DNA of 12,243 nt from an uncultured Bifidobacteriaceae bacterium (GTDB lineage: Bacteria > Acidobacteriota > Vicinamibacteria > Vicinamibacterales > CAVVIG01). Each line of letters starts with the position of its first letter. The stretch's first letter is position 1. Positions 1-7,618 of the stretch are shown piece after piece. Location: NCBI GenBank assembly GCA_964497175.1, contig CAZCEL010000106.1, positions 1 to 12,243 on the forward strand, read 5' to 3'. The notes beneath the pieces are model-generated. The model had not been told where the DNA came from and made no database searches. It saw nothing but the letters and a program-made list of their open reading frames with translations. Made by a program: the position numbers and the translations under genes.

Positions 1-633
1 GATGTCGATGGCCGCGCCCGGGAGGCCGCCGACGATGACCACGTCGCGCACAACGAGCGGCGGACTGCTCGAGCGGTAGCCGCCGGTCGAGCGCCTCATC
101 CCTCTGGACAGATCCACGCGACCGCCCTCGCCGAAGCCGGGGTACCTCGCGCCGGTCTTCGCATGTAGCGCGACCAGGTAGCGGCCGACGATCGTGATGA
201 CGCGCTCGTCGCGGCCGTCGGTCCAGTACGCGAGGCCGCGATTGGGCGTGCCGCGCTCGTCGGGATCGGGAGGCGCGTCGAACCACGCCACCTTGCCGGT
301 GACGGGATCCAGAGCGGCGACCGTGCCAAACCCCGTGTTCATGTATAACAGCCCGCCGACCATCAGCGGTGTGTGTGGATAGTTCACGGGGATGGAAGGG
401 TCGCGGCCCGGGCGGCGCAGTTCGAGCGGAGTCGCCGACTGCCGCCAGACGACGCGGAGGTTCTTCACCGTCTCGCGGTTGATCTGATCGAGCGGCGAGT
501 ACTTGGTCGAGGCCTTGTCGGCCGCGTAGGCGCGCCACTCACCCTGCACGACCTGCGCACGGGAAGGCGCGGTGGTCAGCGTCAAGGCTGCGGCGAAGGC
601 CACGACTCCGCACTGGAGGATTCTTCTGCGCAT
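1..633 (-). CDS. PQQ-dependent dehydrogenase (quinoprotein glucose/alcohol dehydrogenase family). N-terminal ~210 aa only; the gene continues past the left window edge. Has a signal peptide.
   Basis: Minus-strand ATG at 631-633 preceded by GGAGAAGAGG. Hand translation reads MRRRILQCGVVAFAAALTLTTAPSRAQVVQGEWRAYAADKASTKYSPLDQINRETVKNLRVVWRQ...YPHTPLMVGGLLYMNTGFGTVAALDPVTGKVAWFD. The W-x-Y-G/A-x-D...YSPLDQIN...AW...TPLxVxGxLY...ALDAxTGKxxW pattern is diagnostic for PQQ beta-propeller dehydrogenases. No stop codon before position 1. Confidence 0.8.
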   Translation of the reverse strand, partial: MRRRILQCGVVAFAAALTLTTAPSRAQVVQGEWRAYAADKASTKYSPLDQINRETVKNLRVVWRQSATPLELRRPGRDPSIPVNYPHTPLMVGGLLYMNTGFGTVAALDPVTGKVAWFDAPPDPDERGTPNRGLAYWTDGRDERVITIVGRYLVALHAKTGARYPGFGEGGRVDLSRGMRRSTGGYRSSSPPLVVRDVVIVGGLPGAAIDI

Positions 634-658
634 CGATGACCTCTTCTCCACGAGAACT

Positions 659-1207
659 CTAACGCGCGCGCGTGATCGCAATCTCCGCCGTAAACCAGCC
701 CGAGTTGTTCGCGCCGAACTCCCACGCATCGTATCCGCTTCGATCGCACAGCATGCCCTCGTCGTTGAACCCGAGGAGCAGACGCCCTTCCCGCGCCGTG
801 CTGCCGGGAATCGGCACGGAGCCCTTCCAGGCGGAACCGACCTCGAATCCGCGCCCGTCAAACGTGACGGCCGAGGCGACGTTGCCGACCAGGCTCTGGG
901 CGGCCGCGTCGGCCACCACCAGCGTGCAGCGGCCCCCACGCCGTCCTGAACCCTTCGGCGTCGCGCTGGCCGAGGTCGACTCGTCGAACCTCACGCGCCC
1001 CCGGGCCGCTATCTCGACGAGGTCGCCCTCACGCAGGCGGATGCCGGTGTCGGTCCACGGTGCGGTCGCGGGAATGACGACCGTCACGATCTCGTGCGGC
1101 TTGAAGCGCGGCGCCGGCCTCTGGCGCTCGCCTCCAGAGGTCTGCGTCCGGGCCGTAGCACCGAGCGCAGCGGCGCATCCGATGGCTACGACCGTCAGCA
1201 GCTTCAT
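659..1207 (-). CDS. Secreted LecA/PA-IL-like lectin-domain protein (182 aa)
   Basis: Internal ATG of track ORF 659..1423 at 1205-1207 gives MKLLTVVAIGCAAALGATARTQ, a typical signal peptide, with GAGGA upstream. The C-terminal GFNDEGMLCDRSGYDAWEFGANNSGWFTAEIAI and GDLVEIAARGRVRF resemble Pseudomonas LecA (GDVITIVAAGWASYG ... [21 protein letters not shown]). It lies 25 nt upstream of the PQQ-dehydrogenase gene on the same strand. Confidence 0.6.
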   Translation of the reverse strand: MKLLTVVAIGCAAALGATARTQTSGGERQRPAPRFKPHEIVTVVIPATAPWTDTGIRLREGDLVEIAARGRVRFDESTSASATPKGSGRRGGRCTLVVADAAAQSLVGNVASAVTFDGRGFEVGSAWKGSVPIPGSTAREGRLLLGFNDEGMLCDRSGYDAWEFGANNSGWFTAEIAITRAR

Positions 1208-1318
1208 GTCAGGCACGCAGTCCTCAGCGCGGATTGTAAACCCGGAGACACCCCTCAACACGGCGACTCCACCCCCGGAGGACCGTTCGACATCCGGGCC
1301 TGGCCGCCCGGCCCACCG

Positions 1319-1327
1319 TGGTATAAC
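1319..1327 (+). promoter_or_regulatory. Candidate extended -10 promoter element (TGgTATAAC) for the ABC transporter operon
   Basis: TGgTATAAC lies ~20 nt upstream of the GAGAGGAGGA RBS (1335-1344) and the ATG at 1347. No good -35 is present, which is tolerated by extended -10 promoters. Confidence 0.3.
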
Positions 1328-1346
1328 GCCAGCTGAGAGGAGGATC

Positions 1347-2321
1347 ATGGCACCTGCGCTCGAGTTGCGACAGGTCAGAAAAGTGTTCGGCACGACCACG
1401 GCCGTGGACGACCTGAGCCTCATCGTCCCGCGCGGCGCGCTCTACGGCGTCATTGGACCGAACGGCGCCGGGAAGACCACCTGCATCCGGATGATCATGT
1501 CGCTGCTGTTTCCGGACGCGGGGGAGCTGACGGTGCTCGGCCGACCCTCGGCGCTCGAGGCCAAGGATCGGATCGGGTACCTGCCGGAGGAACGCGGCGT
1601 GTACCGGAAGATGAAGGTCCTCGCCTTCCTGACGTTCATGGCGCGTCTCAAGGGCTTGACCCAGGAGGAAGCTCGGGACCGTGTGCCGGCGCTCCTGGCC
1701 CGCGTCGGTCTGCCAGAGGTGGAACGCAAGCGCTGCGAAGACCTGTCGAAGGGGATGCTGCAGCGGATTCAGTTCGTGGCGGCCGTCATCCATGCGCCCG
1801 ATCTGCTCATCCTCGACGAGCCATTCAGCGGGCTCGATCCGGTGAGCGTCCGCGTGCTTCGCGATCACGTGCTGGAGGAGCATCGCCGGGGCGCCACGAT
1901 TCTTCTGTCGACGCACATCATGGCGCACGCCGAGCAGATCTGCCAGCACGTCGTGATGCTTCACCAGGGGCGGAAGGTGCTCGATGAGCCGGTGGCGGGC
2001 CTGCGACGGCAGTTCGATTCGCGGACCGTGCTGTTCGAGCCGATGGACCCCGATGCCGATCTCACGCCCGTGTCCACGCTTCCCGGTGTCGTGGGCATCG
2101 AGGCCGCTGAGGGCGCCTACCGGATCGCGCTCGCGGCGGGCACCGATCCGGCCGCGCTGATTGCCCAGGTCGCCCGCGCGGTGCCGGCGGCCAGGGTCGA
2201 GCTGGCGCGCCTGCGGCTCGAGGACATCTTCATCGGGATCGTGACCGGCGGGCAGCGGCTCGGTGAGGCCGCACGCCTGCGTGCCACGCTCGCGACCGAG
2301 GCAGAGGGGGCGCCGGCATGA
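1347..2321 (+). CDS. ABC transporter ATP-binding protein, ABC-2/NatA-like, with a ~100-aa C-terminal extension
   Basis: Strong RBS GAGAGGAGGA 3 nt before the ATG. Walker A GPNGAGKTT, signature LSKGMLQR, Walker B LLILDEP and H-loop STHIM are all present. The extra ~100 aa after the H-loop is typical of COG4152-type ATPases. The TGA stop overlaps the ATG of the next gene (ATGA). Confidence 0.9.
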   Translation: MAPALELRQVRKVFGTTTAVDDLSLIVPRGALYGVIGPNGAGKTTCIRMIMSLLFPDAGELTVLGRPSALEAKDRIGYLPEERGVYRKMKVLAFLTFMARLKGLTQEEARDRVPALLARVGLPEVERKRCEDLSKGMLQRIQFVAAVIHAPDLLILDEPFSGLDPVSVRVLRDHVLEEHRRGATILLSTHIMAHAEQICQHVVMLHQGRKVLDEPVAGLRRQFDSRTVLFEPMDPDADLTPVSTLPGVVGIEAAEGAYRIALAAGTDPAALIAQVARAVPAARVELARLRLEDIFIGIVTGGQRLGEAARLRATLATEAEGAPA

Positions 2322-3685
2322 GAAAGGTGGGGCTCATCGCGGTCCGCGAGTTCATGGGCGCGGTGTCCAATCGGGGGTTTGTCATCGGCCTGCTGGTGAT
2401 GCCGCTCATTGCCACGCTGTTTGCGTTCCTGGGACCACGGCTCATGACCGCAGGCCGCGTCCAGATCCACGGCCAGGTCGCCGTCATCGATCCCACCGGT
2501 CTGGTAGCGGCCGAGCTTCGTGTGGCGCTCGAGCCGGCGGCGATTGCCCGCCGTCAGAGCGAGACCAGGGTCAGGGCGCTTGCGAATGCGCCGTCGGCCC
2601 TCCGCAGCGTGGCCGGCACGTCGAACCCTGCCATCGATCGGATGCTCGGCGATGCCCCGGCCCTCGAGATTCTCGAGCGGCCGCCAACCTCCGACGTCCA
2701 GCAGGAGAAGGCCTGGCTGACCGCGCCCGCGGAGGGACCGCGCCGCCTGGCGCTGCTCGTCGTGCACCCGACCGCCGTCTCGCCGGCCGACGTCGGTTCC
2801 GAGTACGGCACCTACGATCTGTACGTGCCGGTCAACCTCGACGAGCAGGTCGAGACCACCGTCTACGAAAGCTTTCGCGAGGCGGTGCTCGCCACCCGGA
2901 TCCGCGCCCGCAATCTGGACCGTCGTCAGGTGGAGGCCGTGATGCGCGTGCCCCGGCCCGCGTCGGTGACCGTGACGCTGGGCGACGAGCGGCAGACCAA
3001 TGTGGGATTCAACCGGGCGCTGCCGTTTGTCTTCGCCGGGCTGCTGGTCTTCGGCATCATGATTGGCGGTCAGACGCTGATGACGTCGACCATCGAGGAG
3101 AAATCGAGCCGCGTCGTCGAGGTGCTGCTGTCAGCGGTCTCCCCGCTCGAGCTGATGGCGGGCAAGATACTCGGCGAGATGGCCGTCAGCATGCTGGTGC
3201 TGGCGCTCTACGTGGCCGCCGGGCTGTTTCTGCTGCTGTCGTTTGCCCTGATCGGCCTGCTCGACCCCATGCTGGTGCTGTACCTGCTGATCTTCTTCCT
3301 GATTTCCTATCTGGTCTTTGCCGCCGTCTTCGGCGCCGTGGGCGCCGCCGTCAACGACATGCGCGAGGCGCAGGCGCTGATGACCCCGGTGCTGCTGGTC
3401 CTGATCCTGCCCTGGATGTTCGGCCCGGTCATCGCGCGCAACCCGAACGCGCCCCTGAGTGTCGTGCTGAGCTTCCTTCCGCCGGTGAATACCTTCGCGA
3501 TGATGACGCGGCTGGCGTCGAACAGTCCGCCCCCGGCGTGGCAGGTCTGGTTGACGGTGGCCATCGGCGTGCTGTCGGCGATGGCTGCCGCCTGGTTCGC
3601 CGCCAAGGTCTTCAAGATCGGACTCCTCGTGCACGGCAAGCCGCCCAGCTTCCGGACGCTCGTCAGGTGGGTGCGCGAGGCGTGA
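2318..3685 (+). CDS. ABC-2 family transporter permease, NatB-like: N-terminal TM helix, large extracytoplasmic loop, C-terminal TM bundle
   Basis: Track ORF MRKVGLIAVREFMGAVSNRGFVIGLLVMPLIATLF... Its start overlaps the ATPase stop by 4 nt, indicating translational coupling. A hydrophobic N-terminal helix is followed by a ~190-aa hydrophilic loop and then five or six hydrophobic segments (FVFAGLLVFGIMIGG, LVLALYVAAGLFLLL, LLIFFLISYLVFAAVFGAV and others). This topology is characteristic of ABC2_membrane_3/NatB. Confidence 0.85.
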   Translation: MRKVGLIAVREFMGAVSNRGFVIGLLVMPLIATLFAFLGPRLMTAGRVQIHGQVAVIDPTGLVAAELRVALEPAAIARRQSETRVRALANAPSALRSVAGTSNPAIDRMLGDAPALEILERPPTSDVQQEKAWLTAPAEGPRRLALLVVHPTAVSPADVGSEYGTYDLYVPVNLDEQVETTVYESFREAVLATRIRARNLDRRQVEAVMRVPRPASVTVTLGDERQTNVGFNRALPFVFAGLLVFGIMIGGQTLMTSTIEEKSSRVVEVLLSAVSPLELMAGKILGEMAVSMLVLALYVAAGLFLLLSFALIGLLDPMLVLYLLIFFLISYLVFAAVFGAVGAAVNDMREAQALMTPVLLVLILPWMFGPVIARNPNAPLSVVLSFLPPVNTFAMMTRLASNSPPPAWQVWLTVAIGVLSAMAAAWFAAKVFKIGLLVHGKPPSFRTLVRWVREA

Positions 3686-3776
3686 CGCGCCGTGTGCGGC
3701 GGCGATCCGCGTACGTTCACCGCTGCTGACCGCCGACAGCTGAAGGCTGATCGCAGACCGCTATGTCGACAGGGGC

Positions 3777-4703
3777 TTACCGGGTCACTGTCACAGTGAC
3801 GTCGCCGTAGTCAATCAGGCCGCCGTCGTGCGCGAGTGCCCGGACCACGTAGGTGCCGGGTTCGCTGAACGTCGCCCGCGCGGTCCATCTGTTCTCGGGC
3901 GGAGCAGGCGGCGTTTTCCATCCGGCCGACCACGGAGAATTGCCGCCGTCTCTGCGATCCTCCCAGACCTTGGTCTGCGGCGGGTCGAACTCGACCTTGC
4001 CCGGTCCCCGATACTTGAACCACGAGAGGCGGAGACCAGTGGCGGAGTTGGGCACGAAAGCGCTCTGACCCACGAAGAACGCGGGCAGCGGGCGGGGATT
4101 GGGCTTGCCGTCGTCGGTGGCGACGGCATTCAACGTGACCGGCGCGCCGACTTTCGCCGAGACCGTCTTCGCGTTCTCGATGGTCAGCTTCGGCGGCTGG
4201 TTCCCGACCATGTCGGGCATGTAACCGGTCTGCCCGCCCGCCCCGAAGTTGGCCATCATCACGGTGTCGTCCACCGCGTACGGTCCCTTCAGCGTGCCGT
4301 AGGCTCTTTCTGTGACACCGTTGCTCGTCAGCGTCCAGACCACCTCTTTGTTGCCAAAGTTGGCAGGGACCCTCACCTTGAAGACGAACTGGTTCCGTCG
4401 CGGGAAAAAGAACGCCGGTTGACCCTGATCCGGTCCTCCCGGTTCGACGGTGTTGCCCGCACCGACGGGCACGTCGATGTGTTCCTCCCAGTTCCGGTTG
4501 TAGTATCCGAACATCAGGTCGAACGACCCGTCCGCGTTTCTGTAGAAACCTTCGTACACCGGCGCCACGTTCTGACCGCGAGCGGGCGACTGGGCGGCGG
4601 TGTGCGTAGACAACACGCTGGCGAGCGCGACGCCGGCGCCGACGACCGCGCACATACGCAGAAACAGACGGGAGCAACGCTTTGCTTTCATCTTCGTCAC
4701 CAT
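3777..4703 (-). CDS. Secreted hypothetical protein (~308 aa) of unknown family
   Basis: Track ORF 3777..4940. The most plausible start is the internal ATG at 4703 (MVTKMKAKRCSRLFLRMCAVVGAGVALASVLSTHTAAQ, a signal peptide); an alternative ATG lies at 4691 (MKAK...). The mature protein is Gly/Pro/Asn-rich and I recognise no family. Confidence 0.6.
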   Translation of the reverse strand: MVTKMKAKRCSRLFLRMCAVVGAGVALASVLSTHTAAQSPARGQNVAPVYEGFYRNADGSFDLMFGYYNRNWEEHIDVPVGAGNTVEPGGPDQGQPAFFFPRRNQFVFKVRVPANFGNKEVVWTLTSNGVTERAYGTLKGPYAVDDTVMMANFGAGGQTGYMPDMVGNQPPKLTIENAKTVSAKVGAPVTLNAVATDDGKPNPRPLPAFFVGQSAFVPNSATGLRLSWFKYRGPGKVEFDPPQTKVWEDRRDGGNSPWSAGWKTPPAPPENRWTARATFSEPGTYVVRALAHDGGLIDYGDVTVTVTR

Positions 4704-4857
4704 GGTGGGATTCGACACCTGTTGCGCAGCGCGGGCGCCTCCCGGACGCACGTGGGACTCAGCAGAGACCGAGTTTCCGGATTCCGCGCAGCCTCTCGTC
4801 CAGTGGGACGGTTCGGCTCGAGGCGAACCCCATCGCCAATTCTGAACGGATGCGGGC

Positions 4858-6288
4858 TCAGTTCTGCCCCTGGGCCTGGGCGGGCCGCGCCGGCGGGCCG
4901 AGCGGCGGCAGCTCATCGAAGCCGCACAGCGGGCAACCAAGCACCGACTGCCCCTTCGCCAGGTTGAGCTTCTTCCGGCGAGCCGTGATCTCCTCTTTGA
5001 ACTGCTCGTCCGTCAGGTTGATCACCGGCGAAATCATGATCGCCATGTTGTCGATCGAGCGGTGTCCCAGCCCGCCCCAGTTCCTCGGATCGATCACGTT
5101 CCTGTTGTTCGAGGTCGTGTCGAAGTAGCCGACGACGTGGATGAGCGTCCCCTTCGGCAGGAGCGGCGCGGCATCGTCCGCGTACTTGTAGACCCGCACC
5201 CAGTTGTGGTCGTAGCCGGCACAGCTCAAGGTCTCGGTCCTGCCGCCCCAGATCGCTTCCATGCACATTCTGACGCCGGCCGCATGCATGTGCGGCTCGA
5301 AGGTCGTGAACTTCGTGTGCTGCTGAAGTGTCGTGTAGAAGTGCACTTCCTGCCCGGGCGTGTTCGCCCGAAGGTCGAGCTCGCCGCTTCCGAAGGTGAG
5401 GAACCCGAGCTGCCGCTCGGGCTTGTACCCGCGCGGGTGGAACTTGAAGGCGGTCCGCAGATGGGCCGTCGTGTCCTCGGGGTTCGCATGCATGTGAATC
5501 GACGGCCATGCCAGCCCGGAACCGGCCTTGATCAACCGGCCGGCCTCGGCCTCGAAGAACTCCGCGTTGCGACCGACCTCGTGAGGACTGCCGATGGTGG
5601 TCGTCGGAATGCCCTTCTCGTTGGTCATCGAGTGGATGGCGTGGTGGAAGATGAACCGACCGCCCGTCCCACCCTTGATGGAGCTGATCTCCTTGAACTC
5701 CACCGCCGCGACATACCGATCCTCGGTCAAGCCGGTCGGCACCGCGGGCAGCGCGCCCCACCAGTCTGGGGCATTCGCCTTCATCGTCACGGGCTGTGAA
5801 TCCACGACGAGGTCCGGCGTCCCGAGGTGCCACTCATCGGCCGCTCCGAACACCCGGGCCGCCGGCAGGTCCGCCGGGTTCCCGCGCGGCGCGCCAGCGT
5901 CGACCCACTTGCCGATGGCCACGATCTGCTCCTCGCTCAGCGAGAAGTCGTCCTTGTAGTCCTGGATGCCCACGCTCTTGTCAATGAACCACGGCGGCAT
6001 GACGCCCATCTTGTGGCGGAGCGCCGTGCGCTGCTTGATGCTCCTCGCCCACGGACGAACCTCCTCGTAAGTCATGAGCGACATCGGCGCCACCGAGCCG
6101 GGACGATGGCAACCCTGGCAGCTCTTCTGGAGGATGGGGGCGATGTCCTTAGTGAAGGTGACCGTGCTCGCGGCCTGGCCGGCCGCGGACGTTCGTACGG
6201 GCAAGGCCGCAACGACCAGGGCAACGATGGCCAAGGCCAGGGCGCCGAACTTGGCGGCCCGCAGAACCGGAGCGTAAGTGCGCGTCAT
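4858..6288 (-). CDS. Secreted c-type cytochrome-domain protein (PSCyt1-like CXXCH) fused to a His-rich domain that may be a type-2 copper monooxygenase-like fold (476 aa)
   Basis: Internal ATG at 6288 with GAGAGGAG 7 nt upstream. Signal peptide MTRTYAPVLRAAKFGALALAIVALVVAALPVRTSAA. FTKDIAPILQKSCQGCHRPG...MGVMPPWF...LSEEQIVAIGKWVDAGAP matches the planctomycete-type cytochrome c (PSCyt1) pattern. Downstream are His clusters FHHAIH, SIHMHANPED and EPHMHAAGVRMCME, and a C-terminal CPLC. Confidence 0.7.
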   Translation of the reverse strand: MTRTYAPVLRAAKFGALALAIVALVVAALPVRTSAAGQAASTVTFTKDIAPILQKSCQGCHRPGSVAPMSLMTYEEVRPWARSIKQRTALRHKMGVMPPWFIDKSVGIQDYKDDFSLSEEQIVAIGKWVDAGAPRGNPADLPAARVFGAADEWHLGTPDLVVDSQPVTMKANAPDWWGALPAVPTGLTEDRYVAAVEFKEISSIKGGTGGRFIFHHAIHSMTNEKGIPTTTIGSPHEVGRNAEFFEAEAGRLIKAGSGLAWPSIHMHANPEDTTAHLRTAFKFHPRGYKPERQLGFLTFGSGELDLRANTPGQEVHFYTTLQQHTKFTTFEPHMHAAGVRMCMEAIWGGRTETLSCAGYDHNWVRVYKYADDAAPLLPKGTLIHVVGYFDTTSNNRNVIDPRNWGGLGHRSIDNMAIMISPVINLTDEQFKEEITARRKKLNLAKGQSVLGCPLCGFDELPPLGPPARPAQAQGQN

Positions 6289-6594
6289 CGACTGGCTCCT
6301 CTCGATGGCTATGTTCTCAACTCTTGCAAGGCGCCGCGTTTCGCCCGCGACGCCACACACTGGCCCCCTATGGGACCACTCGGACGGGGTTGGTGTCAAC
6401 GCTTTTCGGCACCGACTGGTGAGACAGCCCAGCGGGCCTGATCTTGCCGCTGGTCAAGCAGTTCCGGTCGACCTGGCAGGCCGGCGAGCGTCCACCGGCG
6501 GCCCGTCGGCGGCATAGAACGGGTCCCCGCTCTGCGGCGGAATCGAGCCGCTTCACCCCCCGGCTGGGTCTTCGCCACCTTCACCCGCAACCGT

Positions 6595-7590
6595 TTAGCG
6601 GGTGTCCTTCGTGCGGGCGCCAGCCAGAATCCCGTACATCGCGTAGTTGCCCTCGTGGCAGGCGTACTCGAACAGCGAGACCCGCCCGGCGACGCGTCTC
6701 ATCGGCTTTGAAACGGTCCATGGCCGCGTGAAGGTCTTCGGGTCGTCGATCGTGAACTGGTAATCGATGGTGTTCTCGTCGACTCGCGTGAAGCGCTCGA
6801 TGAGATGCAGTGTGTCGCGGGATCCCTGGAAGTTGGTGCGCGCGTCGAAATTCGTGGTGTCCACGATGAGCGTGTTGCCGTCCCAGCGGCCGCGCGAATC
6901 GCCCATCCACTGGCGCACGTGATCGGGAAGATGGGGGCGGTCGGAGGTAGGGATGATTCGCGCCTCGTGGATCAGTTCCTGAAGCACCACCACGTAGCCC
7001 GGCGACTGGAAGATCTGGTAGTTGCTGCTGTACCAACTGCCGATGCCGTTCCACCCGCGGGAGATGCACCGCGTCCAGACGGTGAGATCTTCGTAGGTGT
7101 CGGGAGAATCGGCCGGCCCGCGTCTGCTGCGTTCAGCGCGTTCGGCGGCGAGCCTGCGCTGCGCCTCAGGAGTGAACGGTGGGATTCTGCCGTCGGGCGG
7201 ATCGACGATGAGCGACGTTCGTGTCAGCGACTTGCCGCTGTCGCGCCAGAAGGCGTTGTACGTGCCGGGATCACCGGAAGTCGGAGGCCGATCGAAGCTC
7301 TGCCGGTTGGTCTCTTCGATCGTCTCGGCTTCCTCCTCCGACACTGTCTCCCGATCGGCGAGCGGGCCCTGCAGCGGCCGCTGCAAGGGAGTGGACGTCT
7401 GGCTGTTCCACTGGCCCTGCAGGTCTGGATCGCCCCAGGGCGTGCGCGGCGGCGTCCATTTCGTGGCGGGCTTGGCCCCGGGTTTCGTCCCGGACGGCGG
7501 ACCCTGGCCGGCGACCGGAACCGGCCCAGCCCAGGCGATCGCCAGCGCGGCGAGGAGAGCGGCGAGAGGGATCGTCACTCGGTTGCACAT
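6595..7590 (-). CDS. Secreted conserved hypothetical protein (331 aa)
   Basis: ATG at 7590 with GAGGAGG 4 nt upstream. Signal peptide MCNRVTIPLAALLAALAIAWAGPVPVAGQ. The C-terminal half carries a conserved-looking block WMGDSRGRWDGNTLIVDTTNF...HLIERFTRVDENTIDYQFTIDDPKTFTRPWT. I have seen this pattern in uncharacterised bacterial proteins but cannot name the family. Confidence 0.65.
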   Translation of the reverse strand: MCNRVTIPLAALLAALAIAWAGPVPVAGQGPPSGTKPGAKPATKWTPPRTPWGDPDLQGQWNSQTSTPLQRPLQGPLADRETVSEEEAETIEETNRQSFDRPPTSGDPGTYNAFWRDSGKSLTRTSLIVDPPDGRIPPFTPEAQRRLAAERAERSRRGPADSPDTYEDLTVWTRCISRGWNGIGSWYSSNYQIFQSPGYVVVLQELIHEARIIPTSDRPHLPDHVRQWMGDSRGRWDGNTLIVDTTNFDARTNFQGSRDTLHLIERFTRVDENTIDYQFTIDDPKTFTRPWTVSKPMRRVAGRVSLFEYACHEGNYAMYGILAGARTKDTR

Positions 7591-7618
7591 TGTGCCTCCT
7601 CTGCGGGCCAATCAGGCC

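Noticed and set aside
355-385. Apparent +1 frameshift in the PQQ-dehydrogenase gene at a (TG)4/(CA)4 run, which appeared to split the N-terminal part from the TPLMVGG block
   Set aside because: I mis-copied the dinucleotide run. Recounting gives ...PVNYPHTPLMVGGLLYMNTGFG in a single frame, so the gene is intact in the window.
3783-3799. Perfect inverted repeat GTCACTG-TCA-CAGTGAC near the convergent junction of the permease and the secreted-protein gene, which looked like a terminator hairpin
   Set aside because: It lies inside the C-terminal codons of gene 3777..4703 (…VTVTVTR*). The palindrome is a by-product of the repeated Val-Thr codons and has no U-tract.
4808-4832. GGTTCG-N8-CGAACC hairpin downstream of the heme-protein stop, a possible terminator
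   Set aside because: It has only a 6-bp stem and no following U-tract. It cannot be distinguished from chance in GC-rich DNA, so I did not call it as a feature.
6170-6190. My hand translation of the heme-protein gene near 6180 suggested one extra base (a frameshift) relative to the track protein ...TSAAGQAAS...
   Set aside because: The six-frame track, computed from the real sequence, shows a continuous 513-codon ORF across this point. Flanking plus-strand track ORFs are also consistent with one fewer G. The discrepancy is therefore my reading error at a G/C homopolymer junction, not a pseudogene.
659-7611. N-terminal extensions of track ORFs using GTG/TTG or far-upstream starts (672 GTG for the ABC ATPase frame, 1423 for the lectin, 4940 for the secreted unknown, 6399 TTG for the heme protein, 7611 TTG for the conserved unknown)
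   Set aside because: In each case an internal ATG with a strong Shine-Dalgarno begins a canonical signal peptide or the conserved N-terminus (the ABC MAPALELRQV... start). The extensions are Arg-rich and overlap neighbouring genes or intergenic promoters.
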